DNA of 63,854 nucleotides, filler included, from Octopus bimaculoides (GCF_001194135.2; 5 parts of 5 records of this genome joined end to end with filler, not necessarily neighbours in it), one strand, 5' to 3'; positions 40,666 to 52,845 are shown, numbered from the whole stretch's first letter. Translations and numbers: made by a program. The notes: generated from the letters alone by a model not told the origin.

Positions 40666-40833
40666 CGCCTCTGTTTCTCCCTGTATGGATATACGTATTT
40701 TCACATGTATGTATGATATTTCTGTGACTTTAATCAAGTTCTTCTTGAGAGAGTTCAAGCCGGTTGTTAACATAGCAACAAGACTTTTTGAGTTAACAAA
40801 TTTCACGGTGTTTGTAAATATGTGGTTGAGTTG
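40666..40833 (+). CDS. Candidate upstream exon of the BCL-2-family gene (lies across a synthetic linker)
   Basis: Acceptor ctgtctttgcttctcAG (40664-65), ATG at 40685, donor TG|GTATGT (40834). Phase 2 out matches exon A. Reads MDIRIFTCMYDISVTLIKFFLREFKPVVNIATRLFELTNFTVFVNMWLSW. No homology recognised. Confidence 0.3.
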
Positions 40834-42059
40834 GTATGTTTGGATGGACTGTCGGTACCTACACCCAAGTATGTACATCTATTCACATAAGAATGTCACA
40901 GAGAGAATTTCTTGAATGTTTTACAAATCTGCAATGTGCAACTAATAGATTGCATTAGGAGAATCCGCATCATTTCTTTTTTTTTACTTTTGCTCTGTGA
41001 AACCAAATGTTTCTTTGTTTTTATGAAAATGTGTTGTTACATAACGTGATGCAACTATGATGATAGGTATAAATGTCCAGGTGAAGCTATTCTTCTTGAC
41101 AAATATGTTGCTGCTCTCTAATTTACAGGATATGTACCCAGGCATTGCTTTTTGTTGGTATGAAGCCTGCTTCTCCTCCAAGCTTCTTTTGGTCGCATGA
41201 GACACTTGTACAGCCACAGTAACAGTACAGTAGTTCTAAAACACTGAAAATGTTGTTGCTCTTATGTTTGAATGTGTGTATGTATCTATGTATGTATGCA
41301 TGCATGTATGTATGTATGCGTGTATGTATGTATGCATATATGCATTATGTAAGTATGTATGTATGTATACATTTCAAGATAGAAATGACGTCCTAATGTT
41401 CCAGCCTGCGCCAGGAAAACCATGGTGCATTTTAAGTAACATTACGAATGTATTGTCGCTGCCTGGTGTCTTTTACATCAGGTACATACTACTGTTTAAT
41501 TGAGAGTAGTCCGCTGTAATAGAGCCTGACTAGCAAACAGAATATGAATGGAGATTGGAATCAGTGAACAACTAATGGCGTGCCCTACTAACCAATTACC
41601 TTAGCTAGATACATAGTAGTTTCCTTACGGTATCAGCAAACTCAAATTATTGTAGTGGCTGCAGTTGATAATAATCTCATTAGTGTATACCTGGTGCCAA
41701 TAATGGGCAACCGGCGCGCCAAGGATGGGATGTTAATTGTTTGGGATAAATAAATGAGTCATGAAGGATCGTCCGAGGAAAAATATGGAAGATGAACAAA
41801 GTGGAAAATGTAAAAAGAAAAAATAAGGTAACGGCATTAGGTTATGTGTATGAAATGAAATGTGTATGAAAATACACATGAATACACTAGTCCCCACAAA
41901 AATCTGAGTAGATGCACTCAGTATATATCTTTAACAAAACGCACACATAAAAAAAAACATGTAATCAAATATAAATACGTATGTCCATACATATGTATTT
42001 TTACATACATACAAACATACATACATATATATAAATCACAACCCCACTATTTACTCACT

Positions 42060-42101
<42 letters not shown>

Positions 42102-42201
42102 NNNNNNNNNNNNNNNNNNNNNNNNNNNNNNNNNNNNNNNNNNNNTTAATTAATTAANNNNNNNNNNNNNNNNNNNNNNNNNNNNNNNNNNNNNNNNNNN
42201 N
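42102..42201. other. Synthetic scaffold linker 2
   Basis: 44 N + TTAATTAATTAA (42146-42157) + 44 N. Confidence 0.97.
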
Positions 42202-42239
<38 letters not shown>

Positions 42240-42353
42240 CATCCAACTGCAGAAACTATGTCACATGGGGAAGTAACCTAGTGCAGCTCTCCAGCCTACT
42301 AGTTCCAGTGAAACCATGACAGCATGGAAATCAGGCGTTAAAGGATGAGGATG

Positions 42354-42420
<67 letters not shown>

Positions 42421-42452
42421 ATTTTCTTTATATATCTATCTATCTATTTCAG

Positions 42453-42583
42453 GGGCTTGCAACCAGCTGATATTATTAATAATGTCGAAGAACTCTTGCA
42501 GAAATATTTACAAGTACCGAAGAAATCTCCAGTCAGAACTAACAACTTAAAGGAAGATTTTGAACCTGCTGGTAGTGGTCTTC
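42453..42583 (+). CDS. BCL-2-family gene, coding exon A (helix 1/BH4-like segment plus loop)
   Basis: Acceptor tatctatttcAG (42451-52) and donor cttc|GTAAGT (42584). Reads (x)GLQPADIINNVEELLQKYLQVPKKSPVRTNNLKEDFEPAGSGL, phase 2 in, phase 1 out. NVEELLQKYL resembles Bak helix 1 (DTEEVFRSYV). An alternative phase-1 donor exists at 42572. Confidence 0.75.
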
Positions 42584-43099
42584 GTAAGTGGCGTTTAGTT
42601 ACCTTTAATGTTGGTTTCCTTTGTTTGTTATCTTTAATGTTAGTTACGTTTAATGTAGGTACAACTGAAATTCTTCTAGAGGCTATAAAATATATATTTT
42701 CTAATGTAGGCACAGTTGTTTTGGGGAGGGGTCATAGTCGATACCATTCACCATGATAGTTGACCGGTTCTTAATGTTATCGATGCTAGAGGGATGAAAG
42801 GCAAAGTTAATATAATCGACACTTGAACTCTGAACATGTACGCATGCGCAATATATTAAGTAACAATTATTTTATTTATTGTTTCTATGTATTTCTGTGT
42901 CACCCAAAATTCTACTTCAGCTTTAATCAAACTCATAATTTCAGGGACGATAATTAAAACTGCAAATCGTTTATTCAATCAGTATACATTGATTAAGATA
43001 TTACCCCATCCATGTGTCTCCCCAGCCTACACATTCCACACCCATCAATCCTACCAAAAATAGACCGAACATGGGCCAAACCAAGATAATAATAATAAT

Positions 43100-44608
43100 C
43101 TAGATAGGATACAACATACACAAATGAAAGAAAAAATAAAGAAAGAGTACTATAGACGAGTTAGATCAATACTAAAAACAGAGCTCAATGCTAAAAACAA
43201 GATAATGGGTATCAACACTTTAGCTGTCCCAGTTATAAGCTACAGCTACAACATCCTTAACTGGACACTAAACGAACTATCTAAAATAGACAGGAAAACA
43301 AGAAAAATAATGACAGGATATAGGATGCACCACCCAAAATCTGACATAGAAAGACTATATATACAACGCACAGAAGGTGGCAGGGGTCTTATACAGCTAG
43401 AAAACTATTATAAAATNNNNNNNNNNNNNNNNNNNNNNNNNNNNNNNNNNNNNNNNNNNNNNNNNNNNNNNNNNNNNNNNNNNNNNNNNNNNNNNNNNNN
43501 NNNNNNNNNNNNNNNNNNNNNNNNNNNNNNNNNNNNNNNNNNNNNNNNNNNNNNNNNNNNNNNNNNNNNNNNNNNNNNNNNNNNNNNNNNNNNNNNNNNN
43601 NNNNNNNNNNNNNNNNNNNNNNNNNNNNNNNNNNNNNNNNNNNNNNNNNNNNNNNNNNNNNNNNNNNNNNNNNNNNNNNNNNNNNNNNNNNNNNNNNNNN
43701 NNNNNNNNNNNNNNNNNNNNNNNNNNNNNNNNNNNNNNNNNNNNNNNNNNNNNNNNNNNNNNNNNNNNNNNNNNNNNNNNNNNNNNNNNNNNNNNNNNNN
43801 NNNNNNNNNNNNNNNNNNNNNNNNNNNNNNNNNNNNNNNNNNNNNNNNNNNNNNNNNNNNNNNNNNNNNNNNNNNNNNNNNNNNNNNNNNNNNNNNNNNN
43901 NNNNNNNNNNNNNNNNNNNNNNNNNNNNNNNNNNNNNNNNNNNNNNNNNNNNNNNNNNNNNNNNNNNNNNNNNNNNNNNNNNNNNNNNNNNNNNNNNNNN
44001 NNNNNNNNNNNNNNNNNNNNNNNNNNNNNNNNNNNNNNNNNNNNNNNNNNNNNNNNNNNNNNNNNNNNNNNNNNNNNNNNNNNNNNNNNNNNNNNNNNNN
44101 NNNNNNNNNNNNNNNNNNNNNNNNNNNNNNNNNNNNNNNNNNNNNNNNNNNNNNNNNNNNNNNNNNNNNNNNNNNNNNNNNNNNNNNNNNNNNNNNNNNN
44201 NNNNNNNNNNNNNNNNNNNNNNNNNNNNNNNNNNNNNNNNNNNNNNNNNNNNNNNNNNNNNNCAATACCAGCAGATGACAACGTTTCTTTAAACGAAATG
44301 GAAAAACTTTCAAAATACAAAGACCTGGAAATAGAGGTAACTCGAATGTGGAATCTAAAAACAGAAACAATTCCTATCATAGTAGGTGCCTTAGGTATAA
44401 TAAAAAAATATTCAGACAAATACATAACAAAAACACCAGGACTTACAAATATATATAACATACAGAAAATTGCACTACTGGGTACTGCACACATTCTACG
44501 CAAAACACTTTCAATACAGTAACCATAAGAACACCACAGCAAACCACAGCACATACCGAAGGCGCACAGAGCTGCGCTCGGTAGTGAAGTGAAAGCACGT
44601 TATAAAAA
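43100..44608 (+). mobile_element. R4/Dong-clade RLE LINE, 5'-truncated, inside intron A-B of the BCL-2-family gene
   Basis: MKEKIKKEYYRRVRSILKTELN...RLYIQRTEGGRGL and RLE end EKLSKYKDLEIEVTRMW...PIIVGALG...IALLGTAHILRK-stop, then a short 3' UTR. The 5' junction sits in (TAA)4. Confidence 0.9.
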
Positions 44609-44757
44609 CCAGAAGGAGTCACCGAGAACAAGGAACATAAGATACTGTGAGACTTTATACACTATTACCAATGTACACTATTATCAGTTTCAATTCTCAC
44701 GAAAGTTAGTCAATATCATGTACAAGTGTAATGTTTAGCTGTTAGCCTTCAGTTACT

Positions 44758-45113
44758 GTGGAGGTGCAATGGCCCAGTGGTTAGGGTAGCGGACTCACAG
44801 TCTTAGGGTCGCGGTTTTGATTCCCAGTGTGTTTATTGAGCGAAAATACCTAAAACTCCACGAGGCTCCGGCAGAGGGCGGTGGCGAACCCTGCTGTACT
44901 CTTTCACCACAACTTTCTCTCACTCTTTCTTCTTGTTTCTGTTGTACCTGTGTTTCAAAGGGTCAGCCTTGTCACACTCTGTGTCATGCTGAATCTCTCC
45001 GAGAACTACGTTAAGGGAACACTAAGGGCCACTTACACGTTAATTTTCACGAGCAGGCTGTTCCGTTGATCAGATCAACTGGAACCCTCGTTTTCGTGAC
45101 CCACCGTGTGCCA
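44758..45113 (+). mobile_element. SINE family C (intronic)
   Basis: gtggaggtgcaatggcccagtggttagggtagcggactc head and the full tail to gtgcca. Confidence 0.92.
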
Positions 45114-45263
45114 TGAGTATGTTGACTTATAGCAGATTCAGCATGAAGTTAATATAAAAGCTAAGTTGATTGCAATATGTTTAGGAATAATTTAATAAAT
45201 TGCAACACTGAAAATTGTGCATTTTCTTTTCTCTTTACAAAACACTTTCTTTTGACTTATTAG

Positions 45264-45490
45264 CTATTTGCTTTTTGGGAGCACAGGCATTTAGCAGTAA
45301 CAGGTATACTAGAGAAGTAACAGATACCGTCGCAGAAAATTTAAGGAGAATATCAGATGATTTAGAAAGAAATCATAGTTCGGAGATCAACAATGTTTTT
45401 CATCAACACAATTATAATTTGAATCAATATGGCACCTTCCGTTTAGCAGCTGAGAATTTGTTATCAAACATTCAAAGACCAATTCTACAG
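45264..45490 (+). CDS. BCL-2-family gene, coding exon B (BH3 helix 2, helices 3-4)
   Basis: Long pyrimidine tract ending ttattAG (45262-63) and donor CAG|GTAAAA (45491). Phase 1 in matches exon A; phase 0 out. Reads PICFLGAQAFSSNRYTREVTDTVAENLRRISDDLERNHSSEINNVFHQHNYNLNQYGTFRLAAENLLSNIQRPILQ. ISDDLERNHSSE aligns with Bak IGDDINRRYDSE. Confidence 0.88.
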
Positions 45491-45796
45491 GTAAAAATAA
45501 TTCTTTTCTTTTTTAAATTTTTTGTCTTATAACACAAAAATATATAACATCCTCATTTATGTTCTGTTTTATATTAATCTCTTTTTATTTAAGTTTTGTA
45601 TTTGTTGCTCTTTTAGGATTTTAGGATGTTTTATGGATACATTAAATGTTATATTTCAGTTACATTGTATAGGATCTTTTCTTGTCTTTTTGATTCTTAA
45701 ATTTATATACATACAATTTCAATTGATGTAATTTAAATCGAAATAACAGTTATACACACTAAATTATTCACTCGTACACAAACACACGCGCATGTA

Positions 45797-46435
<639 letters not shown>

Positions 46436-46689
46436 CCCCCTTTCTGTTATATTATTTTGCAACAGTTACATTAAGTGTGCATTCTACAGCCAAAGATGAT
46501 GAAGATTTTGGTTTCCATATTTTAGTTTGCTTTCTTTTTTTTTTTTTCTTCTCGTTCCACTTTTTGCATCAACTTACAACGAATTTTTTTCTTCTAGTTT
46601 TTTCTCATGTTTTCTCATAGACCAGCATCTTGGTTTGTAGATGCATCTGACCTTATGAAATGAATGTGAAAGATTACTTGGAGATACTC

Positions 46690-46889
46690 TCTCTTTACTC
46701 TTTACTCTTTTACTTGTTTTAGTCTTTTGACTGTGGCCATGCTGGAGCACCGCCTTTTAGTCGAGCAAATCGACCCCAGGACTTATTCTTTGGAAGCCTA
46801 GTACTTATTCTATCGGTCTCTTTTTCCGAACCGCTAAGTTACGGGGACATAAACACACCAGCATTGGTTGTCAAGCGATGTTGGGGGGA

Positions 46890-46921
<32 letters not shown>

Positions 46922-47470
46922 NNNNNNNNNNNNNNNNNNNNNNNNNNNNNNNNNNNNNNNNNNNNNNNNNNNNNNNNNNNNNNNNNNNNNNNNNNNNNNN
47001 NNNNNNNNNNNNNNNNNNNNNNNNNNNNNNNNNNNNNNNNNNNNNNNNNNNNNNNNNNNNNNNNNNNNNNNNNNNNNNNNNNNNNNCTTTCAGTTTCCGT
47101 CTACCAAATCCACTCACAAGGCTTTGGTCGGCCCGAGGCTATAGTAGAAGACACTGGCAGAGTCGGTAGCACGCCGGGCGAAATGCTTAGCGGTATTTCG
47201 CCTGCCGTTACGTTCTGTGTTCAAATTCCGCCGAGGTCGACTTTGCCTTTCATCCTTTCGGGGTTGATAAATTAAGTACCAGTTACGCACTGGGGTCGAT
47301 GTAATCGACTTAATCCCTCTGTCTGTCCTTGTTTGTCCCTTCTATGTTTAGCCCCTTGTGGGCAATAAAGAAATAAGAAGACACTTGCCCAAGGTGCGAC
47401 GCAGTGGGACTGAACCCGGAACCATGTGGTTGGTAAGCAAACTACTTACCACACAGCCACTCCTACGCCT
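46690..47470 (-). mobile_element. SINE family A, full length, interrupted by a SINE B
   Basis: Near-consensus tail (46690-46900) and head (47088-47155 plus 47376-47470). Confidence 0.92.
47156..47375 (+). mobile_element. SINE family B nested in SINE A with a 10-bp TSD
   Basis: TSD AGAAGACACT at 47146-47155 and 47376-47385. Confidence 0.93.
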
Positions 47471-47632
47471 ATGGCATATTACATGGCATATTATATAAGT
47501 CTGCCAATTTAATGTAGAAGCAGTTCTTTTGTAATTGTGTATATTAAATGATATTTATCTCTCACTAGATGGCGTACTTTTTTTGTTGATCCGCTTAGTG
47601 TAATCGTTATCTTCTTTCTTTTCTCCTTCCAG

Positions 47633-47758
47633 CTCGGTGCTGTATTTGAACTTTGTAGACGATATACATCTTCGTACCCTGCATTCAGTGGTGACGGTAT
47701 AATTGAACAGCATGCTATTAGATACATTCGTGATCATTTCACTCCAGATGGTACCTGG
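47633..47758 (+). CDS. BCL-2-family gene, coding exon C (helices 5-6 and BH2)
   Basis: Acceptor ttcttttctccttccAG (47631-32) and donor TGG|GTAGGT (47759). 42 open codons, phase 0/0: LGAVFELCRRYTSSYPAFSGDGIIEQHAIRYIRDHFTPDGTW. The intron falls right after the BH2 G-x-W, the conserved BCL-2-family position (GGW|). Confidence 0.88.
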
Positions 47759-48494
47759 GTAGGTTTTGATCCTTCTTGATATTTTTTGCTATACAATATT
47801 TTAGTAAAATTTAGATTATTTTCTAGACATCTTTGACATAATTTTGTGGACTATTTTCATTTTGTTTGAACAATCTGAGCTATTCTATTCTGTTAACTCT
47901 TCCTATTCCTATGTCCCTTTTTGAAGACCATTTCTTACAGATATTCCCCTGTGGATCTATTTCTGCTCTATTTCTTGACCATTCCGTAATGTTATTTTGG
48001 TCTATCTTTACCAGTTTCCCCTGCATTTTTCTAAACTATTTTTGGCCTTTTTGCTTAAACTTTTGTGGTATTGTTGTAGACTTCATAATATTTTCACTTG
48101 TAGATTATAATATGCCATTTCCTTTACATTTTTAATGTTATTATCTGATCTTTTGTGTTCCATTTATAGACTATGTAGCAGTTTCTTGTATACTCATTTG
48201 CATCATTCTTCCTTAGAATCCCTGTTGTAGTTATAGACGATTTCTGAACATTTTTGTAGACTTTTTGTATGTTATTTTCTTCTCTACATTTTTGTCTCGA
48301 GCCCCAAAACACCTGGTTATACGATTTCCATGGCGTCCAAGTGACCAATCTCACACATTTCCTCCAGAATAGGAAGCGATTCCTCCATGGGGCTATTCAT
48401 TGGCAGCTGGAGCCACGTGAAATGAATACATTGAATACACGTGAGTGAAGGGTTGTGTATAAAGTGTATTGTTGTAGTGAAGTTAAAGGAGGCG

Positions 48495-48720
48495 AGATGG
48501 CAGAATCATTAGCTTGCTGGGAAAAATGCTTAGTGGTATTTCATCTGCCATTACGTTCTAAGTTCAAACTCTGCCGAAGCCGACTTTGCCTTTTATCCTT
48601 TCGGGGTCCATAAATTAAGTACTAAGGAAACACCAGGGTCGATGTAATCGACTAGTCCCCCTCACGCTGAAATTTCAGGTCTTGAGCCTTTAGAAGAAAG
48701 GATTATTATAGCGATGTTAG
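48495..48720 (+). mobile_element. SINE family B
   Basis: ggcgagatggcagaatcattagc...acgttctaagttcaaactctgccgaagccgactttgccttttatcctttcgggg. Confidence 0.85.
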
Positions 48721-49118
48721 GAGCTAAAGAGACAGATTTGACAGAGGGTTGATGATGATGTAGTTTATGAATATAAGTGAAGGATAACTGCCTATGAGGA
48801 TTATTATTGAATACATTTGAAGTACAGTCTCGGATGTGTGACCGATACTTCTGCATAGGAATACTTCTGCATAGGAATGGGATACAAATACAACAGATAT
48901 AGGCTCTGCCTCCAGTTTGCTCTAAGTGTTTCTTTTCTCTGCAACTTTGTGGGAATACCATTGATATCATATATCTAATAACTTTACTTTTCCCTCCAAT
49001 ATATTTAGCAACCTATAATTGATATCGATATTAACATTGATCTCAAGTTTCTGGCTAACATAGCCATGCTTAATATGTAATTAACATATAAACACCACAT
49101 TTTCTTTTGTTCTTTCAG

Positions 49119-49136
49119 ACACCAGAGAGGAATTAA
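49119..49136 (+). CDS. BCL-2-family gene, probable terminal coding exon (TPERN-stop) followed by 3' UTR
   Basis: Strong acceptor cattttcttttgttctttcAG (49117-18). Phase 0 gives ACA CCA GAG AGG AAT TAA. Candidate AATAAA at 49341-49346. Confidence 0.65.
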   Translation, partial: TPERN

Positions 49137-49499
49137 GTAAATACGACAGACTTCAACGATGAGACAGATAAGCTGACTGAAAGACCGAATGAAGAAAGTT
49201 CTAGAGAAGAAAACCGAAGAGATGGTACCTCACCGACTATTGTTGAGAACAGTGATATCTACGACCCACAAGGATTTGCCTCCTTCAAGTGGTTGTGACA
49301 AGTTCTTTTTCTTACAAAAGAACTCAGACAAAGGACCTCCAATAAACATGATCGTTCATTGTAACAGGCAGATTTCCCAATGTTATACCAGTTATATTGC
49401 ACCTGTTCATCGATGTAGGTCAAATGAGGGTTTTTTTTTTACAACAACTGATGTTAAGACAAATGGGTCAAAGGTCATTCTTGAGACTGAGGGTCAGAA

Positions 49500-49720
49500 G
49501 ACCAGTTTCCAGGTTCTGTGGCGTAAATATTCTCCATCCCACCTTGTCCACTTCTTGGACGAGAAACTGGTCCATTGCAAATTACTCGTTTTTGCCAGCT
49601 GAGTGGACTGGAACAATGTGAAATGAAGTGTTTTGCTCAAGAATACAATGCATCGCTTGGCCCAGGAATCGAAACCGCAGTCATACGATCATGAGTCCAA
49701 CACCTTAACCACTAAGCAAT
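49500..49720 (-). mobile_element. tRNA-head SINE (D-related)
   Basis: Reverse-complement head ggttaaggtgttggactcatgatcgtatgactgcggtttcgattcctggg and tccagtccactcagctggcaaaaacgag. Confidence 0.75.
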
Positions 49721-50139
49721 TTACCTCCACTGTGATAATAACAGAAGGGTAAAACATTTCCACTTTTGTGCTGGGTGTAGAGTCGACATTTCCTCTGGGG
49801 TCCTTCACTATAAAAAAAACCATTAGTGGGTCTTTAATTCACTTAAAGTAGCGTTTAATATATTTGGTGAGGTTACTTTATACAGAGACACCATCTCATT
49901 GGATTAACCATAGTTAAGTTAGCATTCATATATTTAATATAATGAGTGTTAACATTTTAATTAGAAATGATTATGTAGAGAGGGAAAAAAACAACATAAA
50001 CTTACAATATTCTATATGTAACTATCTAATTAGAGATAATCTCATCACTGCTACGACATGTACAGTGAAATCTATACTTCACTGAGGAGGGCTAATAACA
50101 CCGAAACATACTTGGAATAGTCTCTCTTGTACAACAAAC

Positions 50140-50360
50140 AAATCCTTCGCGATATTGCAGTTCACCTATCACGGTTTACCTATCACGGGTTATTACTTAA
50201 GCTTTCCTAGATACTTCGTGGTGTTGTTTTAAATAAATATATACAAATTATAAAAATGATAAAAAAATATACAGTACTGTAGTGTTCCTACTTCGCGGAT
50301 TTTTACCTATCGCAGTGTGTTTTAGAACGTAACTCTCGCGATAATCGAGCGATCACTGTA
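50140..50360. mobile_element. Tigger/pogo-derived MITE
   Basis: Right end reverse complement TA-CAGTGATCGCTCGATTATCGCGAGAGTTACGTTC matches the Tigger CAGT...CTCG TIR type. The left TIR is degenerate (atccttcgcgatattgc). Confidence 0.6.
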
Positions 50361-51159
50361 CTGTCTTTTCCCTACCTTATAATTATTTTCTTATTACATT
50401 TCTGATACTCACTGTATTAACAATTGATTTTTCATTCAAGCTGACGACGTCTCCGGTGATCTTAGTCATTCCATTTCTTTAAATATTATAAAATTTTCAC
50501 ATTTTCACATTTTCATATATCGAATATAATTCGTGATTCCTTATTTTCTCAAAATGATTGCGTGTAAACTTTGTTGACGAATTAATTCTAGAGTTGCCTG
50601 CCTTATCAGCGAAAATTTTTAATAAATGTATAATAATTTCATTCGAAATATATTTTCGAAATATAAATACAGATAAAAGTAAAATAACAGTCACTCAGCT
50701 TATAGTGTTTTTTCTTCTAAGTAAAATATAATTACAGCTGGATATTTTATAGAGATACATGTATCAAATATTAAGATTATTAATGTTAATCAAGCATTTA
50801 CTTTTGTCTTTCATATATAATTTATGTAAACGTAGAAAGATGGCAGAGAGAGTTAAAAAGAGGGAATCTATATATTCAATCTTTTACTCATTGAACTACG
50901 GCTTAGCTGGAGTACGAACCTGAAGGGCTCAGTTGAACAAATCGACATGAGTACTTATTTTATTTTCAAAATTTGGCACTTATTCTATCGGATCCCTTTT
51001 GCTGCGTCGATAATTTACGGAGTCATAAACAAACCAACACCGGTTGTCAAACGGCAGTGGTGGATGGGTGAATATATACAAAAACAAACGCACGCGTGCA
51101 TACACTCCCTCCTACAGAAATGTACACATGTATATATGTATAAATGTACATATATAACC

Positions 51160-51190
<31 letters not shown>

Positions 51191-51249
51191 GATTGCTACT
51201 TCTTTACAGAAGAATCCCATCTCTTCAATTAATAAATACTGTCATGAGA

Positions 51250-51500
51250 TCTTATGTGACTAGCAACTCATGCTCTTGACAAACTTTACTGCAGATCTTA
51301 CAAATATTTTTAAGCAGATAAGTGTCTGGGATTGTAGTTAAGTCCCGTCTACGAAGTGCTCCTTTCAAGATAGATTCTTTAATTCTTCGAGCTTCAAATG
51401 CTTTACATCTATCGTAGATTATTTGTTTCCAAACCGATCGATCTTGCGTCATCTGCTCCCAGTCTTCAACTTTCACATCAAGAGCCTTAAGATTGCTTTT
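51250..51500 (-). mobile_element. RTE (BovB-like) LINE 3' end
   Basis: KSNLKALDVKVEDWEQMTQDRSVWKQIIYDRCKAFEARR...CKICSKVC. Confidence 0.8.
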
Positions 51501-51840
51501 GATGTAGTTCTCATTGCTTACACCGAGGGGGACATGCAGGCTATATTGGATCTCTTCTCTAGGACTTGTATTGCTTTTGGACTTACCATCAGTCTAAAGA
51601 AAACAAAGATCATGTCCTCTCAGCCACCAGGTCAACCTTATGTGGAACCTAACATCTTCGTCCAGGGTACAAGATCAGATGGTGGTTAACTCGTTCATAT
51701 ACCTTGGCAGCACTCTCTTTAGAGATGGATCCTTTGATTCTGAAATAAATGTGAGAATTGAAAAAAACAGCAAAGCATTTGGAAGGCTTGAAAATCGTGT
51801 GTGGTAAGATAGAGGTATCACCTTTAAAACCAAGCTGAGA
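51501..51840 (+). mobile_element. RTE LINE RT segment, inverted relative to its 3' end
   Basis: DMQAILDLFSRTCIAFGLTISLKKTKIM...AFGRLENRVW.DRGITFKTKL. Confidence 0.85.
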
Positions 51841-51857
51841 TCGTGTGCTGGAACGAA

Positions 51858-52139
51858 AACAATTGCAGCGTGGAAAGTGTTTATAAGCCATTTGAAATAA
51901 CATACAAAAACCGTTAAATTTAATTTGTCAACATATTTTCGTCACTTTGAGACCGCGACCTGTTCACTGACAAAATTCTGTGCTGAGATGCATCTCAGAA
52001 TTTTGTCAGTGAACAAGTCGCAGTCTCAAAGCGACGAAAATATTTTGAGACAAATAAAAATTTAAATGTTGAAGTGAATCTAACGGTTTTTGTATGTTAT
52101 TTCAAATGGCTTATAAACACTTTCCACTCTGCAATTGTT
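51858..52139. mobile_element. 282-bp fold-back MITE
   Basis: Outer arms of about 59 bp (aacaattgcagcgtggaaagtg... / ...cactttccactctgcaattgtt), inner arms of about 48 bp, central palindrome CTGAGATGCATCTCAG (51983-51998). Confidence 0.9.
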
Positions 52140-52609
52140 ATATATATANNNNNNNNNNNNNNNNNNNNNNNNNNNNNNNNNNNNNNNNNNNNNNNNNNNN
52201 NNNNNNNNNNNNNNNNNNNNNNNNNNNNNNNNNNNNNNNNNNNNNNNNNNNNNNNNNNNNNNNNNNNNNNNNNNNNNNNNNNATACATATATATGTATGT
52301 ATGTATACATTCCTGCAGTGTAGTATACCCTAGGGCTGTAATACAGGCATAAAGGCTATTTCGTGTGACTTATCAAGTCACCTACATTTTCAAAAGCTGA
52401 AATGTGTAAATGCTTTGGCAAGTGGAATAACTTTGTTAGAGTTACTTCCCTTAGACCGCAAAAAAAAGGAAATTGAAACGAACGCTGCAGTGTGACCGCG
52501 TTGAGTTATTAAATATCCTGTTTCAAATGAAGATTTTTCTCCGAATTTTCTTGAAATGTAAATTGCTTTTCGACTTGGCGGAACAATAATATAGGAGCGC
52601 ATATACATA

Positions 52610-52845
52610 CACAACAAGCATAACATAACATAACATACATAAATACCATTACATACATACATTCATACATAACACACGTGCATACATACATACATAACAT
52701 AATCCATGCATACATACATAACGTAACATACATATATACATAACATACATACATGACATACATACATGATATACATAACATACATACATGATATACATAA
52801 CATACATTCACACATAATATAATATAACATAACATACATATATAC
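52610..52845. repeat. Degenerate (CATAA)n/(CATA)n composite repeat
   Basis: Alternating 4- and 5-mer units. Confidence 0.9.

Noticed and set aside
40790-41240. Minus-strand mini-exons (LLYCYCGCTS...SNAW and VPTVHPNIPTQPHIYKHREIC)
   Set aside because: Weak splice sites, no homology, and overlap with a better plus-strand candidate.
45287-45490. Alternative acceptor gcacAG for exon B
   Set aside because: It is phase 0, incompatible with both phase-1 donors of exon A, and has a poorer pyrimidine tract.
46464-46525. Possible extra exon between exons B and C (TLSVHSTAKDDEDF or PKMMKILVSIF)
   Set aside because: The first is the wrong phase and the second hits a stop. Exon B splices directly to exon C with correct BCL-2 helix spacing.
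47866-48135. Hydrophobic ORF as the missing transmembrane exon
   Set aside because: T-rich intronic sequence gives hydrophobic translations by default, and no good phase-0 acceptor precedes it.
49189-49602. 137-aa ORF MKKVLEKKTEEM...
   Set aside because: It lies in the inferred 3' UTR, runs into a SINE and has no recognisable domain.
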